Below are positions 36,230 to 46,989 of a stretch of 64,000 nt of DNA, in pieces (positions within the stretch are counted from its first letter, which is position 1; every line of letters starts with the position of its first letter). Under the pieces are notes generated by a model. The model was not told the origin of the DNA. It saw only the letters and a list, made by a program, of their open reading frames with translations, and made no database searches. A program made the position numbers and the translations under genes. Origin of the DNA: Macrostomum lignano (Eukaryota); assembly GCA_002269645.1 (NCBI GenBank), contig NIVC01001512.1, positions 186,001-250,000 of the forward strand, read 5' to 3'.

Positions 36230-37770
36230 TTGTCTCGTGTCCTTCCCTGCCTCCCTCTCGTGTCCTTCCCCTACCTCTCTCTCGTGTCCTTCCCTGCCTC
36301 TCTCTCGTGTCCTTTCCCTGCCTCCCTCTCTCGTGTCCTTCCCTGCCTCTCTCTCGTGTCCTTTCCCTGCCTCCCTCTCGTGTCCTTCCCTGCCTCTCTC
36401 TCGTGTCCTTCCCCTGCCTCCCTCTCTCGTGTCCTTCCCTGCCTCTCTCTCGTGTCCTTTCCCTGCCTCCCTCTCGTGTCCTTCCCTGCCTCTCTCTCGT
36501 GTCCTTTCCCTGCCTCCCTCTCGTGTCCTTCCCTGCCTCTCTCTCGTGTCCTTTCCCTGCCTCCCTCTCTCGTGTCCTTCCCTGCCTCTCTCTCGTGTCC
36601 TTTCCCTATCTCTCTCTCGTGTCCTTCCCTGCCTCCATCTCTCGTGTCCTTCCCCTATCTCTCTCTCGTGTCCTTCCCCTACCTCTCTCTCGTGTCCTTC
36701 CCCTGCCTCTCTCTCTCGTGTCCTTCCCCTACCTCCCTCTCGTGTCCTTCCCTGCCTCCCTTTCGTGTCCTCCCCTGCCTCCCTCTCGTGTCCTTCCCTG
36801 CCTCTCTCTCGTGTCCTTCCCTGCCTCTCTCTCGTGTCCTCCCCTGCCTCCCTCTCGTGTCCTCCCCTGCCTCGCTCTCGTGTCCTTCCCTTGCCTCCCT
36901 CTCGTGTCCTCCCCTGCCTCCCTCTCGTGTCCTTCCCTGCCCTTCTCGTGTCCTCCCCTGCCTCCCTCTCGTGTCCTTCTCTTGCCTCCCTCTCGTGTCC
37001 TTTCCCTGCCTCCCTCTCGTGTCCTCCCCTGCCTCCCTCTCGTGTCCTTCCCTTGCCTCCCTCTCGTGTCCTTCCCTTGCCTCCCTCTCGTGTCCTCCCC
37101 TGCCTCCCTCTCGTGTCCTTCCCTTGCCTCCCTCTCGTGTCCTTCCCTTGCCTCCCTCTCGTGTCCTCCCCTGCCTCCCTCTCGTGTCCTTCCCTTGCCT
37201 CCCTCTCGTGTCCTTCCCTGCCCCTCTCGTGTCCTTCCCTGCCCCTCTCGTGTCCTTTCCCTGCCCCTCTCGTGTCCTTCCCTTGCCTCCCTCTCGTGTC
37301 CTTCCCTGCCTCTCTCTCGTGTCCTTCCCTGCCCCTCTCGTGTCCTTCCCTGCCCCTCTCGTGTCCTTTCCCTGCCCCTCTCGTGTCCTTTCCCTGCCCC
37401 TCTCGTGTCCTTCCCTGCCCCTCTCGTGTCCTTTCCCTGCCCCTCTCGTGTCCTTCCCCTGCCTCCCTCTCGTGTCCTTCCCCTGCCTCCCTCTCGTGTC
37501 CTTCCCTGCCTCTCTCTCGTGTCCTTCCCCTGCCTCCCTCTCGTGTCCTTCCCTGCCCCTCTCGTGTCCTTCCCTGCCCCTCTCGTGTCCTTCCCCTGCC
37601 TCCCTCTCGTGTCCTTCCCTGCCCCTCTCGTGTTCTTCCCTGCCCCTCTCGTGTCCTTTCCCTGCCCCTCTCGTGTCCTTCCCTTGCCTCCCTCTCGTGT
37701 CCTTCCCCTGCCTCCCTCTCGTGTCCTTCCCCTGCCTCCCTCTCGTGTCCTTCCCCTGCCCCTCTCGTGT
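36230..37770. repeat. ~24-bp pyrimidine-rich minisatellite
   Basis: ctctcgtgtccttccctgcctc variants; these explain the 400-580-aa pseudo-ORFs. Confidence 0.95.
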
Positions 37771-38113
37771 CCGCGCTTGCATATGTTCAGGAGTCAGCAG
37801 AATGGGCAGTATTGCCGTCAGTGCTGGCTGTGGTAGGATTTCGCCGAAGGCGTTGCACCAGAGTTGCCCGTAGCCCTCATGCGAATAGTTCATACGTATT
37901 TTATTGCAAACTGACCAACAATTTTTGTTTTCAATATCGACTTTCAACCGAGTAGATATTCAACATATAGAAGAAGTAAGAAACGCTGCTTCGATAGTTC
38001 TATTTACGATATTCGATGAACGCATTCTTTACTTGCTACTCATCAGTAGACGCTGTCGAACATTCCAATTAAATTCATGTCTGTAGCCCGGCATCGTGCG
38101 CTGTTCGCCAGCC

Positions 38114-39685
38114 ATGGTCAAATCCAGGAAAAGAAAGCAACAAACAGCAAACAGCAGCAGCGATCTGGCGGACTCGGAGCAGCCTGCGGCAAAGCGCCTA
38201 GCTAAAGAGCAGCAGCAGGCGGATAGCAACAATAACGAGGACAGCAGCAACAGCAGCAGTAATTTGCCTAGCAACCAGACTGAAGCAGCAGCAGCTTCCG
38301 GCGATATCGAAGACGACACCTGTCCGATCTGCGTGTCCATCCTGACCAAACCGGTCCGACTGCCCTGCGGTCACGTGCTCTGCCTGGAATGCCTGCAGAC
38401 GTCCACAGCGAGCTGGTCGGCGCTGGTCTGCCCGATGTGCCGGAAACGCATCGGCGTCTGGCTTCGGCGCCGAGCCAAGGACCCGGAAGCTCTGGTCGAC
38501 GCCAAGCTGTGGTCGGCTGTGCAAAATCGGCACCCGAATTATTGTCGGGCCCGACTGGCCGGCATGTCCGCGCACGAGGCCGAGGCGTCCATAGCGGCTG
38601 CCGTCGGCCTGCGCCCGTCCGGCGTCGGAGACGGAGCCGGCAGCGGCGACGGCAACGATATTGACGAAAATTGGGAAGTGGAGCTGCTGCCACCGCCGCC
38701 AGCTCCGCCGCGCCAGATTGCGGCGCCGGGAGAGCTAAGAACTGAGTGGCAAGCCGCTTTAGACGAACACGATCGCGAGCTGCTGGCCGAGCGGGCTGCG
38801 GAGGAGGCCGCCTCCGGCGCTCTCATTCGTCGGCTGCAGTCGGAGGAGCGTCTGGCTAAGCGGCGCACTTGGCTGGACGATTTCCTTGCCAAAGGCGGTG
38901 TTGCTAGCGGTAATAGAGCTGGAAACGGAGCTGACAATCAAAATTTAGCATTCAGTCAAGCCGGAAGTTTAACTGGAGCCCGAAATGGAACCGGAAGTAC
39001 CAATAGTTCAAGCGGATTCAACGCTGGAACCGGAAGTGTAACCGGAACCGGAAGTATCAATAAAACCGGAAGTGTAACCGGAGCCGGAAGTATCAATAAA
39101 ACCGGAAGTGTAACCGGAGCCGGAAGTATCAATAAAACCGGAAGTGTAACCGGAACCGGAAGTATCAATAAAACCGAACTCCTAAGCGTCACAGTGAGCG
39201 AGGATGAACCGGAGGACGACAGGACACTGATGGAGAACCGAGCCGGAAGTCGCAGCCTAATAGAGACCGGAAGTTTCAGCGCCAACAAACTTTGGCCACC
39301 GCAGCCGCGTAGTTCGCCTCAGCCGCAGTCCCGGCCGAAGCCGCAGCCGGCTCTAATCCGACGCAAAAGTTCGTCGGACGCGCCGTCGTCTAAACGAAGG
39401 TCGGCAACGACGCCGACGCCAGGCAGGAGTCGCCAAGCGGTTGCCGCGACGGCCTCCTCCAGCCAGCCGAAGCCAGCGTCCCCGTTCGCCATCGCAGCCG
39501 CTGTCGCTGCCGCTAAAAAGGCCGCCAGCGAAGCCGCTGCTGCCACCGCATTCAGCGAAGACTTGCCGATGGGCGCCGACTCCGACGTGAGTCAGGAAGA
39601 GGCCGATCGTCGTTTGGCTTTGCGACTTCAGCGTCAGTTCGATTTGGAGAGCGGAGTGTCTGCTGGTGGTCGGCTGGCTAATTAA
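38114..39685 (+). CDS. RNF168: RNF168-like RING E3 ubiquitin ligase (single exon)
   Basis: RING CPICVSILTKPVRLPCGHVLCLEC..CPMCRKR, then LVDAKLW..HP..C, PGELR..EEAAS..IRRL (UMI-like) and C-terminal MIU EEADRRLALRLQ. ATG in gccATGg at 38114. RNF169 cannot be excluded by eye. Confidence 0.8.
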   Translation: MVKSRKRKQQTANSSSDLADSEQPAAKRLAKEQQQADSNNNEDSSNSSSNLPSNQTEAAAASGDIEDDTCPICVSILTKPVRLPCGHVLCLECLQTSTASWSALVCPMCRKRIGVWLRRRAKDPEALVDAKLWSAVQNRHPNYCRARLAGMSAHEAEASIAAAVGLRPSGVGDGAGSGDGNDIDENWEVELLPPPPAPPRQIAAPGELRTEWQAALDEHDRELLAERAAEEAASGALIRRLQSEERLAKRRTWLDDFLAKGGVASGNRAGNGADNQNLAFSQAGSLTGARNGTGSTNSSSGFNAGTGSVTGTGSINKTGSVTGAGSINKTGSVTGAGSINKTGSVTGTGSINKTELLSVTVSEDEPEDDRTLMENRAGSRSLIETGSFSANKLWPPQPRSSPQPQSRPKPQPALIRRKSSSDAPSSKRRSATTPTPGRSRQAVAATASSSQPKPASPFAIAAAVAAAKKAASEAAAATAFSEDLPMGADSDVSQEEADRRLALRLQRQFDLESGVSAGGRLAN

Positions 39686-39889
39686 TATTGGCCTCGGTTG
39701 GTTTTATATTCTGCTAAAGGCATTCAAGCCGTTCCTATTATGGTTATGAGTTGTAACATACGAGCCTCGCATAGCAAATTTAGAAGTGACGATTTTATTC
39801 ATCTTGTTGCAATTTTTCCAGATAAATATTTCCTGGATTGGGAAGAAATTAATGACTTCGGATTTCTTCAAAGGGAACTAATCAGGTGG

Positions 39890-40670
39890 AGATTTCCTAG
39901 AAAGCGATTCAATCTATTTCGGTTTCTTAGAAAGCGACTAAATATATTTGGATTCCTCGAGATGCGAATTTAGAAGCTGTGATTTCCTAGAAACCAAGTT
40001 AACGAGTTTGCATTTCTTAGAAAGCGATTGAATTTGTTGTGATTTCCTAGAAACCGTATGGACGAGTTGTATTTCCTAGAAAGCGATTGAATTTGTCGTG
40101 ATTTCCTAGAAACCGTATGGACGATTTGCATTTCTTAGAAAGCGATTGAATTTGTCGTGATTTCCTAGAAACCGTATGGACGAGTTGTATTTCTTAGAAA
40201 GCGATTGAATTTGTTGTGATTTCCTAGAAAACGTTTTGACGAGTTGCCTTTCTTAGAAAGCGATTGAATTTGTCGTGATTTCCTAGAAACCGTATGGACG
40301 ATTTGCATTTCTTAGAAACGCGTGAATTGGTTGTGATTTCCTAGAAACCGTATGGACGATTTGCATTTCTTAGAAACGCGTGAATTTGTTGTGATTTTCT
40401 AGAAACCGTATGGACAAGTTGCATTTCTAAGAAAGTGATTGAATTTGTTGTGATTTCCTAGAAACCGTATGGACGAGTTGTATTTCTTAGAAAGCGATTG
40501 AATTTGTAATTTTCTAGAAACCGTATGGACGAGTTGCATTTCTAAGAAAGCGATTGAATTTGTTGTGATTTCCTAGAAACCGTATGGACAAGTTGCCTTA
40601 CTTAGAGAGCGAGTGAATTGGTTTTGATTTCCTAGAAACCATATTGACGAGTTTGCATTCTTAGAAAGTC
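39890..40670. repeat. ~59-bp minisatellite (two ~30-bp halves, each with TTC-N3-GAA)
   Basis: tttcctagaaaccgtatggacgagttgcatttcttagaaagcgattgaatttgttgtga units. Confidence 0.9.
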
Positions 40671-41479
40671 AATTGAAATTATGCATTAATAATTCCTCAA
40701 AAGCCATCGAATATAATGACAATTTCCTAGACAGCAAACGAAGTTAGGTAGTTTTTTTCATCTTGGAAGTGTCAAATAGGGATCTCTTGTAGTGCAAATA
40801 TATGCATTTTTAGTTTTTAAAAGTGCATTTGCGTGTTTTTGGAAAGCGCATTTAAGTTTTTTTCTGGATATCAATTTGGTTCAAAGTCCCGATCGGTGTA
40901 TTTTTTGTACTATTATTTGTTCTCAACTACAGGTATAATACAAGTTTGTTATTTCGTAGTCTTTGTGTTGTCATTTACTTTCAATAGCAATATTTTGTAA
41001 TTTGTACTGACAAAGCTACATTGCTCAGCTGCTCAGCTTCTGCTCAAAATCGGATCTATTTGATCTTTTTTTTCGAGTTCATTTTATTTATAATCATTGC
41101 CCGCTTCTGCCCAGATCTCTCGCCAAGTTATTGTGCCTAAAATATGAGCTTTAATCTTTATATATTAACTAGTGACTCGATTCAATTCTATATATATTTA
41201 CTACTACATAATACTAACAGTAGTATAAAAACTGATAAACAGGCAGTCTGCCTGGCGAACCTAACCCGTGCAGAGCAAGAAGACAAGCTACATGTACTTT
41301 AGTCAGGACTGTCTTGTCCGATCACTATCGTTTGAATTGTTGTTAGCTGTAATACACTGTTTATGGCTAGGAGTTTTTGCTTCAGTAACTCCTTTATTTC
41401 TACTGTTCTCACTGAGCGCGGCCGTTGCTGTGCTGTACAACTGTTTGACACTTTCGTTTGTTAGTCAGTTTTACTCGAG

Positions 41480-42390
41480 TAGATCCCCAGTTGCTGGGCC
41501 AGCCTCCCAGATCCCCAGTTGCTGAGCCAGCCTCCCAGATCCTCAGTTGCTGGGCCAGCCTCCCAGATCCTCAGTTGCTGGGCCAGCCTCCCAGATCCTC
41601 AGTTGCTGGGCCAGCCTCCCAGATCCTCAGTTGCTGGGCCAGCCTCCCAGATCCTCAGTTGCTGGGCCAGCCTCCCAGATCCTCAGTTGCTGGGCCAGCC
41701 TCCCAGATCCCCAGTTGCTGGGCCAGCCTCCCAGATCCCCAGTTGCTGGGCCAGCCTCCCAGATCCCCAGTTGCTGAGCCAGCCTCTCAGATCCTCAGTT
41801 GCTGGGCCAGCCTCCCAGATCCTCAGTTGCTGGGCCAGCCTCCCAGATCCTCAGTTGCTGGGCCAGCCTCCCAGATCCTCAGTTGCTGGGCCAGCCTCCC
41901 AGATCCTCAGTTGCTGGGCCAGCCTCCCAGAGTGTCAGTTGCTGGGCCAGCCTCCCAGAGTGTCAGTTGCTGGGCCAGCCTCCCAGATCCTCAGTTGCTG
42001 GGCGAGCCTCCCAGATCCTCAGTTGCTAGGCCAGCCTCCCAGATCCTCAGTTGCTGGGCGAGCCTCCCAGATCCTCAGTTGCTGGGCCGCCTCCCAGATC
42101 CTCAGTTGCTGGGCCAGCCTCCCAGAGTGTCAGTTGCTGGGCCAGCCTCCCAGATCCTCAGTTGCTGGGCCAGCCTCCCAGATCCTCAGTTGCTGGGCCA
42201 GCCTCCCAGATCCTCAGTTGCTAGGCCAGCCTCCCAGATCCTCAGTTGCTGGTCCAGCCTCTCAGATCCTCAGTTGCTAGGCCAGCCTCCCAGATCCTCA
42301 GTTGCTAGGCCAGCCTCTCAGATCCTCAGTTGCTGGGCCAGCCTCCCAGATCCTCAGTTGCTAGGCCAGCCTCCCAGATCCTCAGTTGCT
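41480..42390. repeat. 28-bp minisatellite
   Basis: cctcagttgctgggccagcctcccagat units. Confidence 0.95.
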
Positions 42391-42774
42391 GCCACTGACA
42401 CCCTTTCATTTCCTTAACCCTGGTGATTTTCGCACAAGCATGCCGAGTAATTTGATATGCATTGAATAGTTGCCAGCTAGCATAGAGGCTCATACTGCAA
42501 CCGTTTAAGTAAACCAGTTTGTTGGGGCAGAAGCAGCTGTATTTTATCAGGTTGTAGGAGTTCGCTTGAAGCACCGGATGCTCGGCAACTACAATACATG
42601 TGGCCATGTAGGATTTACACTCGACTTCAAAACCGATTCAATAAGTAAACTAAAAAATGTTTTACAGTCTGGCTTCTTCTGTGAAGAACTCTCCAGATTT
42701 CTGCAACACAGCTGATCTGTCACGACTGCTCTAGTGCGCTCATTTAATTTCTAAAATATTAGGATTGGAAGTTG

Positions 42775-43860
42775 CTGAGATTCTATGGCTCAGTGGAGAG
42801 TTGCTGAGATGCTATGACTCAATGGGGAGATTATGCGATGCTAATGGCTCAATGGGAAGATGCTGAGATGCTATGGCTCAATGGGGAGTTGCTGAGATGC
42901 TATGGCTCAATGGGAAGATGCTGAGATGCTATGACTCAATGGGAAGATGCTGAGATGCTATGGCCCAGTGGGGAGATTCTGGGATGCCAAGGCTCAATGG
43001 GGAGTTGCTGAGATGCTATGGCTCAATGGGAAGATGCTGAGATGCTATGGCCCAGTGGGGAGATTCTGGGATGCCAAGGCTCAATGGGGAGTTGCTGAGA
43101 TGCTATGGCTCAATGGGGAGATGCTGAGATGCTATGGCTCAATGGGGAGATGATGAGATGCTATGGCTCAATGGGGAGATGATGAGATCCTATGGCTCAA
43201 TGGGAAGATGCTGGGATGCCAAGGCTCAATGGGGAGATGCTGGGATGCCAAGGCTCAATGGGGAGATGATGAGATGCCAAGGCTCAATGGAGAGATGATG
43301 AGATCCTATGGCTCAATGGGAAGATGCTGGAATGCCAAGGCTCAATGGGGAGATGATGAGATGCTATGGCTCAATGGGGAGATGATGAGATGCTATGGCT
43401 CAATGGGGAGATGATGAGATGCTATGGCTCAATGGGGAGATGATAAGATGCCAAGGCTCAACGGGGAGATGATGAGATTCTATGGCTCAATGGGGAGATG
43501 CTGGGATGCTATGGCTCAATGAGGAGATGCTGAGATGCTATGGCTCAATGGGAAGATGCTGAGATGCTATGGCCCAGTGGGGAGATTCTGGGATGCCAAG
43601 GCTCAATGGGGAGTTGCTGAGATGCTATGGCTCAATGGGGAGATGCTGAGATGCTATGGCTCAATGGGGAGTTGCTGAGATGCTATGGCTCAATGGGGAG
43701 ATGATGAGATGCTATGGCTCAATGAGGAGATGCTGGGATGCCAAGGCTCAATGGGGAGATGCTGGGATGCCAAGGCTCAATGGGGAGATGCTGGGATGCC
43801 AAGGCTCAATGGGGAGATGCTGGGATGCCAAGGCTCAATGGGGAGTTGGTGAGATGCCAA
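42775..43860. repeat. 29-bp minisatellite
   Basis: gagatgctatggctcaatggggagatgct variants. Confidence 0.93.
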
Positions 43861-44446
43861 TTGGAGCTGTTGAGCTGTTTGAGGTACCAATGCCGAAAAG
43901 ACTTCAATGCTGATATGTTAAGCCCCAGAACCTATGATACCAGGGCTACTGATTTTTGTCTTAAACAAATTTATCTTCAAGGAAATAAAATTTCACAAGC
44001 TTTCTATGATTTTTTTCCTTATTATGCCTTCCCAAGCCCGCGGCACTAGATTGCCAGTTTGGTCTTAAAAGAGATGCATGTAAAATACTTAAAAGTTCGC
44101 TAAATTCAGTTCGAACGGTCATTGCTGGGTGGGACGTTTGGATCAGTTTGGCTACACAACCGGAACAGCTCAGTTACTGTAGTAATATTCATATTTGATT
44201 TTTCTGTAAGTTCATACAAACTTCTTTTTAGTGCGCGCGCATCTGAGCCTCCAATTCTTGGCTGTTGTGATGTGCTTTAAAGGTCACCAGTACTATCTCT
44301 AGCTTTGATTATATTGCTAGTTAGAACATTTTTTTCAAAACCTGGTTGTCTGATCAACAAGCAACCTTTAAATATTAATCTGTTTTAGTAGTTGCCTTTA
44401 GTGTCTTTCTTAGTGTCTGTCTTAGTGTCTATTTTGGTTTCTGCCA

Positions 44447-44876
44447 GTGGCGCCAGCACCATGGGCGCCAGCACCAGGGACGCCAGCACCAGGGGCGCCA
44501 GCACCAGTGGCACCAGCACCAGGGGCGCCAGCACCAGGGGCGCCAGCACCAGGGACGCCAGCACCAGGGGCTTTAGCACCAGGGGCGCCAGCACCAGGGG
44601 CTTTAGCACCAGGGGCTTTAGCACCAGGGGCTTTAGCACCAGGGGCGCCAGCACCAGGGACGCCAGCACCAGGGACGCCAGCACCAGGGGCGCCAGCACC
44701 AGGGGCTTTAGCACCAGGGGCTTTAGCACCAGGGGCTTTAGCACCAGGGGCTTTAGCACCAGGGGCTTTAGCACCAGGGACGCCAGCACCAGGGGCTTTA
44801 GCACCAGGGGCTTTAGCACCAGGGGCTTTAGCACCAGGGGCGCCAGCACCAGGGACGCCAGCACCAGGGGCGCCAG
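44447..44876. repeat. 15-bp minisatellite, left part (target of the LTR element)
   Basis: agcaccagggg(cgcc/cttt) units; the array resumes at 61741. Confidence 0.95.
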
Positions 44877-45529
44877 TGAAATATTTTAAAATATATTTTC
44901 TTGTTCTTCTTCTGGTCTCTCACTTCTATGGCTCTTGTTCTACTTCAAATATCAATGTGAGAGCCAAATAACTGAGGCGGCGGATTCAACTGACTTTTCC
45001 TGATGATGCAAACACTTGATGTTAACTTACAGACCGTTGTATTTGATGGTCACAATCTCGAGATGTTATCTTACAAAATATAATGTCTAAGGTGGAATTC
45101 CAAATAAGAAGCTCGTTCGATTTAAGTCACAAGGTGTTTCTAGTTGTTCGGGTGAACCGAAGGTTCAGTCTATTGTGAAACGTGGATTGGGTGTTGGTTT
45201 GGCTTTAGTAAGTCGACTTATAAGTTTTGGTGTTTGGGTTGAGACCCTAACTGTGTCAATCAAAATAGTCAAACGAGGTAAGCTAGGAGAATGGCGAAGG
45301 AGAGGCAAGGGCGAGGAGAGGCGGAGCGAGCAAAAGGCGAGCTTCTTGCTTGGTTAACATGAGCTTTTATAGTACTTTTCAGTCTTGATCGCATTGGATG
45401 GTACATAACTGCTTTTCATTGGTTGAGGTTGGGGTCGTGTCCTCAGCTTTTGCTATTTGGAGCGCATTCATTGGTTAAAATACATTCAATCTGGATGGGA
45501 GCTTTCTAGAGCCAAAATGTATCACTTCA
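44877..45529 (-). repeat. 3' LTR (653 bp)
   Basis: No difference from 61088-61740 found by eye. Confidence 0.97.
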
Positions 45530-45545
45530 TTCGCTCTATTTTTCG
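45530..45545 (-). promoter_or_regulatory. Polypurine tract
   Basis: Reverse complement GAAAAATAGAGCGAA abuts the 3' LTR. Confidence 0.7.
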
Positions 45546-46122
45546 GGGAAGCGAGGCCCTCCGAGCGCATAAAAACAGAAAAAGTATAGTAGGGGGTTAA
45601 AATTGATAAAATTGCAGAAAAAGATAACGCATTGTAGTGAACGAGAAAAGTTGTCGCAGAAAAAATAGTGCGCAGTGAATAATGTTAGCAAAAATGTTTG
45701 AGTAAAAGGGAACCAATTTAAGCAAGGTAACATAGGTTAAAGTACAACATCAGTTTAAATAGCGAAAGAAGGGATAGCGCAGAGGGCCTTTAGTTAGGCG
45801 AAGCTAAACTAGCTAAGCAAGGATGGAATAAAACGCAGCGAGGGTAACCAAAAAATCGATAAAATGGGTGTACAGAGCAAAATGGAGGTTTAGCGACGCA
45901 AGCTTAAAGTGAAAACGCGGTGAGTTAAAAGGAGGGTAATAAAAATCATTGTACAGCGAAAGTTGGGGGGGGGGTTAGCGAGGAACCGCTCAGCTAATAA
46001 ATCATGTACAAAGTAGAGGTTAAAATTTTAACTGGGGAAACGAAAAAGATAAAAATTCTAGGAAAAAGTGTACAGTCCAAAGGGGGTATATAACACAAAG
46101 CTTTAAAATGGAGCAAGGCGAG

Positions 46123-46545
46123 TTAAGCGATTTTTGACTGACGGTTAATAATCAAGTAAATTCGATTCATCATGAGCACAAGGAAGAACTTGCGGTTTTT
46201 GCTAGGCGACTTAGCAAAGCGGTCCCAAGATGATTGGGACCTTGGCGACAGGCGGTGGGCGATCACGCTCGTCCTTCTCGCTGTGCTGGGAGTGCTGGTG
46301 CTGCTGCTGCTGCTGTGCCAATGTTGCCGTTGCTGTCGTTGTTGTCGGCGCAACTGCTGCAGGTCGGGCGCGCCTGGAGCGTCGACTGCGGTAGCAGATG
46401 TGGAGGCGCCGCCAGCGGAGTCGGTGGTGTAAGAGCCGAGCTGCTTTGCTGGTTCGTCCGGCCTTCTGAACGCAACAACGGCCCTTTTCAGGGCCACCAC
46501 TTGATGTGATGCCGAAGTTGTCAGATAAGCAGACTGTGCAGTCAT
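46123..46545 (-). CDS. Hypothetical 140-aa accessory ORF in the 3' region of the element
   Basis: ATG-initiated, GC-rich, with Q/S tracts; no recognisable domain. Confidence 0.3.
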   Translation of the reverse strand: MTAQSAYLTTSASHQVVALKRAVVAFRRPDEPAKQLGSYTTDSAGGASTSATAVDAPGAPDLQQLRRQQRQQRQHWHSSSSSTSTPSTARRTSVIAHRLSPRSQSSWDRFAKSPSKNRKFFLVLMMNRIYLIINRQSKIA

Positions 46546-46989
46546 GAAGGAACAAACGTTGTTGAGCCGTATGCTTTAGTGCTAGTTGGTTGACTTAGGT
46601 GAAAGCAGCGCCAGGGACAGAGCGATTTGCAGAGACCAGGCATAGTGTAGGGCGATGGCTGCGTAGATCAAGGTTGTGGCTTGAATCCGGTTGAAGCAGC
46701 GCCAGAGACAGCAATTGGCAGTGACCAGGCACAGAGCAGCAGTCGTGTAGGTCAGGGTTGGGCAGGGTTGAGCAGGGTTGAGCAGGGTTGAGCAGGGTTG
46801 AGCAGGCTAGCGCGTGATGACTTTTGAAAAAGCAGTTGACAGAATAACAGAGAAAAATAGCGTAAGCTTTACACAAGTGAGCGCAAAAGAGCGGAGGAGT
46901 AATAGGCAGAAGAACGGAAAATATTTTTTTTTAGTATTTTTGAACAATTTTTGTAGTGTTTCAGCGCTCAATATTGAAGAAAAAGCGGA

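Noticed and set aside
36210-37955. 422-581-aa ORFs in several frames
   Set aside because: These are translations of a stop-free minisatellite. The same applies to ORFs at 22438-23097, 23835-24497, 31051-32153, 32436-33062, 41458-42417, 42947-43913 and 44385-44971.
22465-43860. Regular repeat arrays as possible CRISPR loci
   Set aside because: The units are head-to-tail with no unique spacers, there are no cas genes, and the context is eukaryotic.
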